Shown here in pieces: positions 51,351 through 64,000 of a DNA stretch of 64,000 nt. The notes under the pieces are model-generated. The model made no database searches. It was not told the DNA's origin and saw nothing but the letters and a program-made list of their open reading frames with translations. The DNA is taken from the NCBI RefSeq assembly GCF_004010195.1, contig NC_057718.1, positions 59,445,622 through 59,509,621 of the forward strand, written 5' to 3'. The position numbers and the translations under genes are program-made. Positions within the stretch are counted from its first letter, which is position 1, and each line of letters opens with the position of its first letter. Source of the DNA: Chiloscyllium plagiosum (Eukaryota).

Positions 51351-53479
51351 TGCACTCCTGGTGGTCAATGATTGTTAAGGGATCATGAGTATTGATTTCA
51401 AAAACTGCATGATGAAGTCAAGACTGCTTGGGGTCAGGATTTGGGCTCTAGGTGGCAGGATAATGCCTGAGGCTCACTTAAAATGTACTGCCATTCGGTG
51501 TATTTTACCTGTGCAATATCAGTGCCTATATAATGTTGCTGCTCTTTGAAGGGCCTCATATAGCTGGAAATTGAAAGTCCTCCCTCACAGGATAAATACT
51601 TTACTCACTGTGGGTGTGATCACAGCTATTTTCCAAGTTTACCCCATTGAATAACATTGACAGATAACTCTCAACAATGACTGACCTCCCATCACTCCTC
51701 AGCTGGCTACACTGTCCACAGGACTGACCATGGCCCACACCCTGGATTGTAGAGGTACAGACCCCCTAACTCTGCCTGTCCACAGTGGCCAAGTGATGGT
51801 GTCCAAACCCTTGGATTGATATCAGAGACTGCCCTTAACTTACTGTGCTGGGGCCTTGCATGAAGCATATCTCCCTTGCTTTGACTGAGGACTACTTTTC
51901 TCAGACTTTGAGACATGGATATTTGCATAATACTCATGCATGTGTTTGGCACATTTGCAACTAGCTTATGCAACAGGCATAACACCAACACAACCAGTCA
52001 TCAGTCCACCTTGACTGATGACTGACTGACAAGCTTCTGGATTTTGTGCCTGCTCTGAAAGACAAGGTGAAAGAAAATGTACTCTGAACCTACTAGCTCT
52101 GTCTGAAGAGGAAAAGCACAAAAGGCAATACAGGGACATTATATAGCACTGAAATAGAGACAAGGTGATTGTCAATAAGAGAGCGAGTAAGGACCTTACT
52201 CCAATCCATGAGCGGGGTGCCTCTTTCTATGCTCAATGTTCCTGGCAGCAATGTTGCAATGAAAGGGGCTGGTGAACTGCAAAGTGCAGCAATGCAGCAG
52301 AGTACTGTATTTTAAGTGGACTGGGGATGATGTGGTGTGCTTGGTACATTTTAGATGCCAGTGTCCTTGGGGTGCATGCAATTGCTGTCCATGGAATGTG
52401 TCCTGAGATATTGGTGCCGGGTGTCCAAGATGGAGGTCTGGAGGAGCAAGTGACGGGTTGGGTTTGTTCTGATTTTCATGTTGGGAATTCTTAACATCTA
52501 CTGTCTATCCAGCGGGTGGTGGAATGAGAAACTACACATTAATAAGGCAATCTTAAATGATAATGAGGCTGTTAATGAGTTATAATCCACGCTCAGAGGC
52601 GTCTCCTTTCTTATTAGTGAGAAACTCATCTTGAAGTTCAACACTTGCTTGGAAAATGGGACATTTTCCACACAGCATCAAGAACGTCTTCACTCAAATT
52701 CTCATCCATTTTTTCCAAATTTCTCGCCATGGCCCACATTGTTTCGCAGCCAGGAATATTCAGCCCTATATTTTGTTTGTGCACAATTTTTGTGCGGACA
52801 CCCACAGTTATCATTACTCCCAGCCCTACAATTCCCTTACCCTGTAAATATTTTTTGCATTCAACACAAATCTAGATGTCAGCCCATTTTATAGTGTTAA
52901 ATGACTTGTATTGTATACCGAATGACATGCTTCAGTTTGTAAGTAACACATATCTGGTAATATCTGGATCCTTTAATTCAACTGAGGGATCCAACTATAT
53001 GATTTATGACATCATCCCAGTCCCTCGGCTGAATTATAGTTTTGTAAGGCGCCATTGATAACTGTCATGTTTTTCTCAGGAGTACAACATGTAATGTTTT
53101 GCAAATGTCCTCCCTGAAACATAATTTTAAATCATTATGGAAATTATTTTTTACATTAACCCTCCCCTCACTCAGAGTAACTTTGGGCTCTTATGGGTAA
53201 TGATGAAATATGAATGGACTCTACTTTAATCTTTGGTTTCAATTATGCTATATCAAAAAGCCATGAGCCCTTTGATATAGGCTGATGTTTACTAAAGTAA
53301 AAAAAAATCAGTGAAGCAATTAGATATTTGTTTTTGTCTCAGACATTCCAGTTGTGACAGTAATTTCCAACAATCAGATAGAAATTAAACATTTCTTGAA
53401 TGCCCATTTTATACACACATACTTGTATAAAGTGAACTTTCAAATCCACACCATTTTCAGAACAGACTACCCAGCTTCT

Positions 53480-53930
53480 ACCTTCATTACACAGTATGCC
53501 TCTGCCTGTCTCTTCAGCCCAACTGCTAACCAAACCCTCATTCAACCTGTCGCTAGCACCAAACTGGATTATTCCAATATTCTTGCAATTGGTCTCCCAT
53601 TCAACATCCTCTAAACATTGGCAGCAATGTTGCAATGAAAGGGGCTGGTGAACTGCAAAGTGCAGCAATGCCGCCGCTTGATCTCGCTGCAAACGCATTA
53701 TTACACACTCACTGATTGGCATTGGCTTCCAATGCTCAACCATCTCAAATTTATTTGTCTTATCCTGTATTTAAATCTGAATGAGGAATCCCCACAACCC
53801 CGCTCTAATCTCCAGTGCTATAATGTTTATCTGAACTGTCCATTACTTTAAAGTTGTCTCATTGTATTTAGCTTTCTCTGAAGTACTTTGAAGTTTTCTT
53901 ATTTTAAGGGCTCTATATGTATATATTTTT
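53480..53930 (+). mobile_element. L2 LINE C-terminal relic carrying a 53-bp insert
   Basis: TANQTLIQPVASTKLDYSNILAIGLP and TLTDWHWLPMLNHLKF match L2 LIHAFVTSRLDYSNxLLAGLP...LHWLPV. Confidence 0.75.
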
Positions 53931-56900
53931 ATTTTTTAAATATAGCCAATATATTTCTATTGCAATTATTGGATGTAATCATGTTCAAACGTCAGTATCC
54001 TAACTGTTTAAAGTCCAGTTTAGCAGACTTAAAAGAAAATTGAAAGAACAGAAAATTATTTCTGTAGGTTGTTCAATTGAAAGGGGTTTTGCAGAATTGT
54101 TGTTTTCTTGACTCAGATTTTAGATATTCCAATTTACATGGTTCATTTTTATACTTCTTCATGCACTATTGTAAAAACCGCAATAGCTTCGTTCTGTGAC
54201 ATACACAATATGGGAATCATTCCTTTTGACAAGCCATTAGTGCAGGATTACTGGGGAATAATTTCAAATACCTCACAGGGACATTATATACCGAAAACTT
54301 AAATGGTAAGGTGACCTTATTCGCACAGTTACTTATTCACTTCTGCATTCCCTTATGTTGAAAATTAGAAAACATAAAATATGAAGTAAAATGTTCAAAA
54401 TGATTTATCACTTCTTAAATTACTCAAGCATTTGATTGAAAATAGTGCTACTCCTGAATTTAACACCTATTAGATTCCGTAAAGATGAATAAAAAGCTTC
54501 ACAATCGAGGAGGTGGAGGGTAATGTATCACACAAGCGCAAAGAGCTAATACTGTTACTTAGATATGCACGTGTTTATAGATTTCATGTTCTTGTGCATG
54601 AAATAATAAAATGGAAAGTTAATAAGTATCTACCAAACCTAATTATGTTCATAAAAAGCACACACAGGATTACAGACTGCCAAGTTAAGCATACAGGTCA
54701 AGAAAACATTTCATTGTTGTTTGATACCTTGTGGATTAGATATTCATCTAGCCTCTGAGAAAGGATATAAGAATCGTTTTCAAATGATTTTAAACAGCGT
54801 CCATACATGACTGCAGGAAACGTAGCAACTTTCGTAGTTTTAAAACTTAAATCTAAAATTAGTCAGTTTAGCTTCATAAGGTCACAATGGTTGCATTCAT
54901 AAAATTTGACCATAAAGTCGCAGCAATGTTAATGTGCCGCAGACATTATGGGGTAGATTTTCAACTAGATGCCTGTGCAGAAAACTGGCTTTGGTGAGTA
55001 GCTACTGATTACAGCATGTGCTTGATTTTTCTTTCCATTGATATCAATAGAGATGAGCACAAAGAAGTCTGTAAAATTTGCTTTTCAATCTGTAACACCA
55101 GATTTACGGCCAGCCTTGTGGTTTGAGCAGTGAGCATTTGCTTTGAGAAGAATATCTAATGGGGAGCTATGCCACAGAAATTAAGAAAGTCGAAGACTTT
55201 CCATGCTGAATTAACTGATCCTTGCTATAGTTATTGTAACATTAATCTTAATGACCTGAGAAAAGCAAGGGCAAATTGACAAGGTACTTGCATTCAATTA
55301 TAGAGTTTTTGATTCCTGCTGTAGTGTGACATTTATTGAAAAAATGACAGGGTCAAGTTGTGATGCCCACTGAGATCGTACAGCTTGCTGATACACACTA
55401 TTTAGGTAAGACAGGAATTGCAGTCATTTTAAGGAAATACGGGAAGGTAGTGGAATTTTGAAATTGTCCACCAGTAGGTTGATCAATGTCTTCAGCTGAA
55501 GGGTGTGGTTGAGGAGGGAAAATGCTCACAGAATAACTTTGAAATGAAGACATTTTCTTAAATAGTGCATATAAAAATTCCATCTAACAATGAAAACCTG
55601 CAGCTCACACTGCCCTGATTAATGTTATGTTCATAAGCGGGAAAGCATTCATATAAAGAATTCAGACAAGCAATTGCTTTCTTTCCTTGAGGTAACAACT
55701 TAATATAGAGACTAAGAAGTGAAACTGAAATATCATGTTACTCAGACAAATACTGAAGCCCATAAAAGGAGAAGCAATGAATTAAAGCAGAAAAGGTTTT
55801 TAAAAAGATGTGCCTGCATGTAAGGGCTACATATAAAATAGCACATAGACTATGTTCCCAAAATACATAGAAGACTTTGTACTTCAACGTACTGTTACTA
55901 AAGTTAACAATAAATCAATAATTGTAGTTTAAGTATTTCATTATGATACAATTCTTGTCATATGTCTTTTAGACAAACTCGTAAATCAGTTGTCCTAATG
56001 AACAGCTCAATAACTCAATCATACTCAGTGCATCCACCTATCTCTAAGCAGTAAGAAAATTAGCACAAATGTTAAAAATGAGTATTGTATGTGTTTTTGA
56101 GAAGTGGAAGCTGTTCACACAGTGTTTGCAACTTGGTAAGATTTCACTCTTGCCTTGTATCGTACGGGTTGCACCTCTTGTTTAAGTTAACACTTCTCGT
56201 TCCCTCTTTCATTCTAATGATCATACAAAGATGATAAGAAGTGTCAGTGTACTCATACACTGCAGTGAAATACTTTCTCTAAACCATAAAATTATGTTCA
56301 GAATAGAAACGAATGATAAATTGAAAAAGCAATGTAGACCTAATTGAAAATGCCAAGCCGAGTCACTCAGATATATCTGAAAAAGGCCAACAGTGGCATC
56401 TACTGGTGGTATTCCTTCTTCACAACATGTCTTTTTGGAAAATACCCAACTCTGTAGGTATTCACAGATAATAATCAGTTTCTCTGGGCTTGTGAAACTG
56501 GCTCATTAAGCATCCTTTTTAACAGAAAATATTGGAAGCGATTAAGCCTACTTTAGTGAGCGGGCATGAAATGGCTAACCTCCGGCCACCCACAGCTCTT
56601 CTGCGGCTGGCACCGATTATACCCGCGGGATACTACCTTCACTCAAAAGGTGTTTATCCATCACCTGCATATTTATTTTCTTGTTTTTGGCAGCAATATC
56701 AATCAATGTTCAAACACCACCTGAGGTTATTTGTCTTTTCTTAACATTCAAGACCTTTTCAGCATTGCCCACCCGAGTGCCACAAATGGGCTTGACAGAT
56801 TTTATAACTTGGCACCGAGCCAGACAACCTTTCTCCACAAAAGCAGCTTTCTTCTTACAGTCCGGCAGATAGTAACATGTCAGATCTTTCTCGTGTTGAA

Positions 56901-59900
56901 TTTCAAAGCAGACCTCGGCATTAATTCCTTCCTCTTGATCTTAGCTCTGGCTTTCAGCTCGTCAGGTAGGCTGTATCTGAATAAATGCTTATGTAAGTGT
57001 GCTGATGCTTAATGAAGCTTCACGTTTTGGTTTGCAATGAAAAACATTTAAATTTTCAAGACCCATTTTTGCAAAGAATTATAATGGACTATTCAAAGTG
57101 CTTTTTTTAAAATGCTGAAGAATTTGCTTTTGGATCCCATTATCTTGCATAAAAAGATATTATCTGTTTCATGAAAAATTCAGGAGTTCAGCTCACATTG
57201 GTCAAGGGGAGAAAAGAGGGGAAAAATATACAAGATCAGGCTCCAAATCCCCGAGGGGGGTCAGATTGCATCATTTAGCAGGAAAATGAGCAGCGTGCAA
57301 AGAGCAGGGGTGGTGGAGGTTACAGCCCGCTTTCCTTATGGTGTTGTTGGCTCACAGTCCAAATGAAGCCCTGCAGCTGTAGGTGGGAACTACTCAGGAT
57401 AGCTAATGCAGCATACCATGACATTTTTATCAGTGTTCTAAGAGATGAAAATAAATTCAACTGCAAAGTAAGCTGGCAACCTAATACTGCCTTGTCACAT
57501 TCCAGGAATGAAAATATGCACTTGAGCCAAACAATGCTAAAGGTGAATTTTAAACTGCATTAACCCATTCCTGAAGTCCAATTTCATAAGATAAATGTAC
57601 ACTCGTTAGCCTAAAGAGGTTTGTTATCCGCTGTCATGATAAGCTAATACTTTTGAAAAAGAAACAATGAAGAGTTGTGAGTTGTTCCCGATGCTCAATT
57701 AGCTGGTCTTAATGGCTGTCTGCAAATGGCTTCAGTGTCCCTTGGGTAGAAAAGAGAAAAGCAACCAGGGCCCCTATTCTTTACTGCTATCTAGTGACTC
57801 CTAGCGAAAATGTGTCATGGGGACATTTGGTGGGAAAAGGAATAAGCTCAGCATGATACTTCAGTGCTGTAGACCATGTTGGTTATCACAATTAAAGTCC
57901 ACAGGTGAACAGTGATCATGAGGGCAAGGAGTTGGAGGGTAACCTGTGCTGAGCAAACAGTACCTCACCAAGCATTCCACACTGTCAAAGCAAATGTGGC
58001 ATTAAGAAAAAGAAAAAAACTTGCTTCACAATTTTCAAAGCATATGGATGCTAGAAATATGCTGCTTCTATGAAAGAATGATTGCTTAATATTTTTGGTG
58101 TAGCATTTCTAGTGAAAAGTCAAACTTGAAGCAATTTACATTTCTCTTGTATATACCACTCTTCTTTCCCTTCTGCACATCCATAACATTATTTTGATTT
58201 CAGATTTCCAGTAATCAGTTATTCCTTTTAATCTGATATACTCACATTCATATTTTATTCAGTTTTTTCTTTGCCAACCACACCTTTAACAGCCCCATTT
58301 CATTGCCATTTTTCAGCTCAGACTGCGGGCAGCAGATTCACTCCAAGGCCTTTGGCAAGTTTACATGTGTTAGTAACGTACACACTGAGCTGTGTGAGAT
58401 AGATCCTCTCTCTCCATATTTGATTGCTTTTCCCCTCAGTTCATTATTTCCCTCTGACAGCAGAAACTTGCATGTACCCCATGTGATGGATGGTGAATAT
58501 AAATCTATGTCTTAGCACTCCATGACAGAACACTTTGATAGCCAACATGTTAATCCATTGCCTAGTTTTATTATGCATGCAAATGACAATGAATTGCTGT
58601 AGTCACGCATACTATTCCTGGTCAAGTCATGTCTTCAGATTTTCTATTTGTGTTGAGTAAATGTAACTATGATTTTGCCTATTAATAAAAATAAAGTAAA
58701 CCTTTAATGCTATAGATCATATGACATTTTGATGGTTTTTTGCAACTAGAATTTCCTATTCATAAACATTCAGAGACAAATCAGATTGATGACAATCAAA
58801 ACCCAAGTCCATGGGCTGGAGAGTGTCAAAAATGCAGATTCCAGTTAAAGAAGATTGTACTTATGAAACTCCAGAATAAACATAAAATTCATGGCAACCT
58901 CTGTAAATCAAGCTACTCGTTTAATTTGTCCTAAGCCTTACCTAAAGAACAATGTAAGATCACAGCAATATTCTAGCAGACTTGATTTTGGAACTAATGC
59001 AGAGAATTTATCTGAGGAAATTATGCATGAAACAATTTGCAACATTTACCTTGATGCAAATGGAAACACAATGTGCAAGTTCAATGATATTGACCCTTGC
59101 TACAATGGAGGCAAATTCATATTTAGTCCTACTGTGGGTTTATCCTGGTGAAATTAAAATGAGGCAGATTTTATATATTTTTGGTCAATACAATGTGAGA
59201 CCATTTGCTACAATAGAAAGTACCCTGAAAGGTGCTGGTCGACGGCACATTGCTTACTCCATAGCAAGGCATTGCAAAATGAAATATCACAGGTATGAAG
59301 AAATTAAAGTGTGAACTGCAATACAATCTGCAATATTTAGGGTTTCGTTCCATGTATGTAAGGAGCTTTCAAATATTTGTTGCCTGCCAACTAGCTATGT
59401 ATACTGCAAATCACATGAAAGTCCCGCACCCATAATATACATTGTTCAAATCTGATTTAAATGTGATATGTTTTAAAAGTTGCTTTGCTGAGTGCACAAC
59501 TGATTAAGCTTTTCAAATATTTAGTGCATCATATGTAAGTTTGCTAAAAAGTTTTTGAGACGTTATGTAATCTTGCTCCAAGGCAACATCAACTTGCAGC
59601 AACATTGCCAGGCAGTTAATTCCAAAATCTAAATTATTTGGTAGATTAACCTGAGTTTGGATTTACTTTAACTTATTAGAGGAACTTGGTTCTTTGTTTC
59701 TTTGAGGGGAGCCTGTAGCCTAAAGAATGATTCTGGTCATTTATTGATTTATCTGTATATAATTACATCATTTGCTCCCGAAATTAAATCAGCATCATCA
59801 CCTGAATCTGAAATTTTTCTGGGATCTTTTCAGCTCTATTTGTAAACCAGAAAACTAATGGTAGAGTTTGAACTCTTGAAAAAATTGTCACATCCTTTGT

Positions 59901-60256
59901 GCATATTGTGGCATTCAGCAAAAATAATCCTCAGCTCTTCTAAATTGAAGCAATTTGACAACAGCCTTTTAATTAGTCCCAATTTACACAGGCAGTGGGG
60001 CAGTGTCTGGTGCTAACCCTTTTCTTTGTCACCAGAACGGCATAGTCTTTGTTTCCACTGCTAGCATAAATAAATAATCGTTTTCAGTGTCAGCGTAAGT
60101 ACTTCACCTGCCTTCAAGGAGTGGTTCTGGCCCATGTTTACAGCTACAGCATCAAGATGAAGTGGCTGTGAGGTACTCTCATTGTTGTTGATTTTCATTG
60201 ATTTTCCAGAAACAGACCACAATTCCGACATGTCTGCGTTCAGGTGCCATGTGAAT

Positions 60257-60786
60257 TCATAGAATCCCTACAGTGCGGAAACAGGCCATTTGGCCCATCG
60301 ACCCTCACCGACACTCTGAAGAGTATCCCACCCACCCAACTGCCAACCCTATCCCTGTAACCCTGGATTTCCCTTGGCCAAATCCACCCAACCTACATAT
60401 CCCTGGACACTGAGCAATTTAGCAAGGCTAATCCGCCTAACCTGCAGATGGATTTTTACAACAATTGACAATGGTTTCATTTCACAATGTGTCCATTATA
60501 GTGTCTGCAATGTTCAGAGGTGGATGTAAAGTTTTGGCAAAACAAGTATAAAAAGAGTTTCTTTAAAGTCAAGAAGCAGTTCATTAGTACATAATCAGAC
60601 TGTGTGTATGTGTGTGGGTACATACCTGCTCACTTTTGGACTATGGGAGGAAACTGGAGCACCCAAAGTAAACCCACACAGACACGGGGAGAATGTGCAA
60701 ACTCACACAGTCACTGAGACTGGAATCAAACCAGGTGCCTAGCTGCAGTGAGGCAGCAGTGCTCACCATTGAGCCACTGTACCATC
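60257..60786 (-). mobile_element. HE1-type V-SINE in two pieces (60257-60447 and 60632-60786)
   Basis: Tail and head/core halves are colinear, separated by ~185 bp of unrelated sequence. Confidence 0.85.
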
Positions 60787-61593
60787 CACATTCAGGATTA
60801 TCCCTGAGCCACCATTTAGTTCCGATGGGGTCAGCATTAATCAATTTCCATCATGAGCCTAATTAGCCAGCGGGCAGGTTCCCCATATCAGCCCTTTCCC
60901 GCTAGCTTGATGGGAGCCAGTTTTCCTATTGGCTGCGATGGCGTGCACAGCCTGCCCCCCCCCCCCCAACCTGTTCCAGCCAAATGTATTAAATCTAGCC
61001 TCATGTTTCACTCCAAATTATTTGCATTAGCGTAACAAGACATGGAATTGACACAATCTTGCAGTTGGTTCTGACACAGATTTCTCAGCCCTTTCAAGAA
61101 CTCCATTCTTCTCCTGGATCATGCTGGTATGATCATCAGTTTTATCATGATATTATTGTCATAATGTAACAGTGTGTGTCAGAAAGTAAGAGTCTTATTT
61201 CCCCTTCATTCTTTTTGCTTGACACTTCACTTTTGGCCTTCCTTGAGCTGGAAACTTGGAAGATCCAAATGTCTCCTTGGCTGTTGCATTGAAGAATTTG
61301 AGAAGAATTCCTCTCATTTTTATTCTTAGGCTTAGAATGTAAGTGACAACTGAGGCTCCGAGGTGACCTTAAGCCTTCTCATTGCGGCTGCAGCTCATTG
61401 TCACTCAAATTACCAAGCTTTCTTCCTGCCCATTTCAAACCTTCCTTTCTACTCAACAGCCCCTGCACCTCAAACACAAATGTTTTGTTCAAAATCCTAA
61501 TTCAGAAAGTTATTGTAATGGAACATAACAAATTGTATAAAGGAATTTTGGATTTTTCCAGTACCCCATTCCTAATGAAGGGCTTGGAGTTGT

Positions 61594-61880
61594 GTGGCAC
61601 AGTGGCTCAGTGGTCAGCATTGCTGCCTCACAGTGCCAGGGACTCGGGTTTGAATCCAGCCTTGGGTGAGTGTCTGTGTGGAGTTTGCATGTTCTCTCTG
61701 TGTCTGCATGGATTTCCTGCAGGAAGTCTGGTTTTCTCCCACAGTGCAAATGTGTGCAGGTTAGGCGGGAAATGCAAGGTTACAGTGATAGTGTGGGGGT
61801 TGGATCTGGCTGGTTTTTGGAGGGTCAGTGTGGACTCAATGGTCTGATTGACCTGCTTCTACCTTGTAGGGATTCTCTGA
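61594..61880 (+). mobile_element. HE1-type V-SINE
   Basis: A box tggctcagtgg, B box ggtttgaatcc, V core, tail ctgcttctaccttgtagggattct. Confidence 0.92.
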
Positions 61881-64000
61881 ACAAATGCAGAGTGTTGAAT
61901 ATTTGTGCAGTGATATCAGAGTTCAGCATGTAAAGTTTGCCCATTTGAGGAAAAAAACAAAGGCAGGCTAGGCAGAGAGAGGGGCTGAAAAGTTCACTTT
62001 TAGATTCTGGTCTTTAGGCAGTGATTTGTTTTATTGCTTTCTTGAGCTTATATACTGTCTCCATGCAGCCACTGTCCTTTTCTTCCTAACATATATATAT
62101 AAAAAGCTGTTTGGATTCCATGTAGATCATTTCACCTTTAATCTAGAAACGAAGGGATTGAACTGTCATCACCAATGCATTATTCTGCAAAGCATTAAAA
62201 GCAAGGTTTTCTGGGTGACACCTCTTTCTTCTCCCCTTTGTCCTGTCGACTCAGTCCTTGATATCTTCATACACTGACATGCCCAGATGTGCTGTGAATG
62301 CTGATATGAGCAAGTCCCCCTCCCCCTTCACTGCTTGTGTCATTAAAACAGGAAGGTGGCTGTTCCCCTGGCATCGTTGGCAAGGCTCATTGTATACTGC
62401 AGAGTAAATTATTAATGAAGAGCACTTCTGTCGCAGAATGTTTTACCGGTAGTTAAATGATACAGTGAGGATAGAGCTGTCAATGCTGCCTCACTCCCTG
62501 CAACTTCTACATGACATTTATGATGTGGTTCAGACTGCACACAAGCAATTAATTTCCATTGGGGTCTATACTTTGAATAAGAATCCCTGACAATTACTGA
62601 GGAGTGTTTGTCAGTGAGCACAACAGAGTCATTGGAAACTTGTACAAAGCAGAAAGCACACAGCTATTTGATTTAGGTATGAGGTGATGCATGTTTCTAG
62701 ATGTTTTACCTATATCCCAGCCGACGACAACACAGCACAAGGCAGAGCATTATGGTTTTGTGTTTCATACTCTATTATCTAGGATATTCTGAAGAAGTAT
62801 GTCCAAAAACAGATTAGGAATTGGTAAATAGATTCCCTCTTCTCCGGATGGGGAAAGCATTTTGTTTTATTTTCTCTATAGCCAGTTGGTAATTTCTTGT
62901 AAAGTTCTGAGGGTGTGTGTTCCACTATTTTATCCCACACTATCATTCATGTGTTCAACCTTGATAGGGAGGATTTTTGACCATGATGAACATCATAATT
63001 GAATGTAATTGATCTGGGTCTCACTCCACATACACACATAAACTCTTGGTCCAGATTTACTATCTCTTAACTGAAGGGTGACTGAGATTAATTGCTACAA
63101 TGACATTGCCTTTTGAAATCAATTAATTTAATGCCCATCTGTCATCAAACTTTTAGACAATGTCGTTAAGCTATTAACTAGATAAACTTCCTGGACTATT
63201 TGGAACTGCTGAGGTTGAACTGGGTCAGTATCAGCTCCACTGCCCATAGTGACACTGAATGATACAAACCAGGAACATCCCAGGTTTTGTTCCTTGTTTG
63301 TGTTGAAAGAGCGCAGTGCGCTGGGAGCCGGAGGTAGTGGTAAGCACACCTTTCTGGTCCTGACTAACATATAGTCACTTCTGTTGAAAAGTCCACCCAC
63401 ATTATATGTTTGTGGAAGATATGACCAATTGCACTGATTCCAATACTGAAGTAGTTGCAAATACACATGAATGCTGACAACTGGAGAGGAGCCATTGAAC
63501 CATATCACAGTATGATTTAGAACTCTCCTGAGAGAAAAGAAGAAATTGGAAGCAAGCAAACTAATCACTTGTCAATTAATCAGTAATAAGAATTTAAATT
63601 GTTCTCTTAGCATAGTATTAATGAATTGATTAATGTACAACCACAGTAACTATCATTTATATTGAACTACTAACAATGTAAAGATCTTGAGATAATTTGT
63701 TGGAGCAGCCAGTAGAATTAGTTTGACACTGAACTTCATAAGGAGATAGGAGAAGAGGTGAATCCAAGTTTAGCTCATACTGCTGTAAAGAAGGTTAGTA
63801 CAGTAGAGGGATGGAGAGGCTGACAGATACAGTTCCACTGCTGATGGCGTGGGGTAACTAGTGGAGGAGCATAGGATGCACTAGAGAAATAAAAGTAAGA
63901 TGTTTAGTACCTCAAGCATTCAGTTAGAGAATAACTGATCTGTGTCTTAACTTTACCTTCTTGAATTTACCCAAAACCCTTATTAGCCTTAACCAAAAAT

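Noticed and set aside
49969..52830. 174-aa ORFs and surrounding GC-richer sequence, perhaps a Harbinger accessory-gene relic (similar region 11950-12960)
   Set aside because: No diagnostic motif or clear TIR/TSD could be read; left uncalled.
61594..61665. tRNA-like A/B boxes (also in other HE1 copies)
   Set aside because: SINE heads, not tRNA genes.
63128..63568. 146-aa minus-strand ORF with a pyrimidine-rich acceptor near 63528
   Set aside because: No recognisable domain and atypical composition.

Overview
Repeat-dense, AT-rich vertebrate genomic DNA with no intact multi-exon or long protein-coding gene; most listed ORFs are chance or transposon debris. The HE1-type V-SINEs and their CR1 partner LINEs point to an elasmobranch (shark) genome (inference). 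Contents: CR1 and L2 LINE fragments, several tRNA-SINE families, a decayed Gypsy pol, a decayed Gmr1-type Gypsy pol (integrase before RT), a TSD-flanked two-LTR element, solo LTRs, PIF/Harbinger transposase and Myb/SANT remnants, and about 15 Penelope-like element (PLE) pieces. The most notable pattern is that PLE terminal repeats of at least four different families carry the same minimal hammerhead ribozyme core (CUGANGA-stem II-GAAA-palindromic stem III) with different, base-pair-preserving stem II sequences. Many sit in 120-330 bp, often fold-back, TSD-flanked mini-elements. Also seen: a candidate 33-nt microexon, a perfect 53-bp templated copy, and several enhancer-like unique segments. 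Element boundaries without a TSD are approximate; family names come from recall, not database searches.
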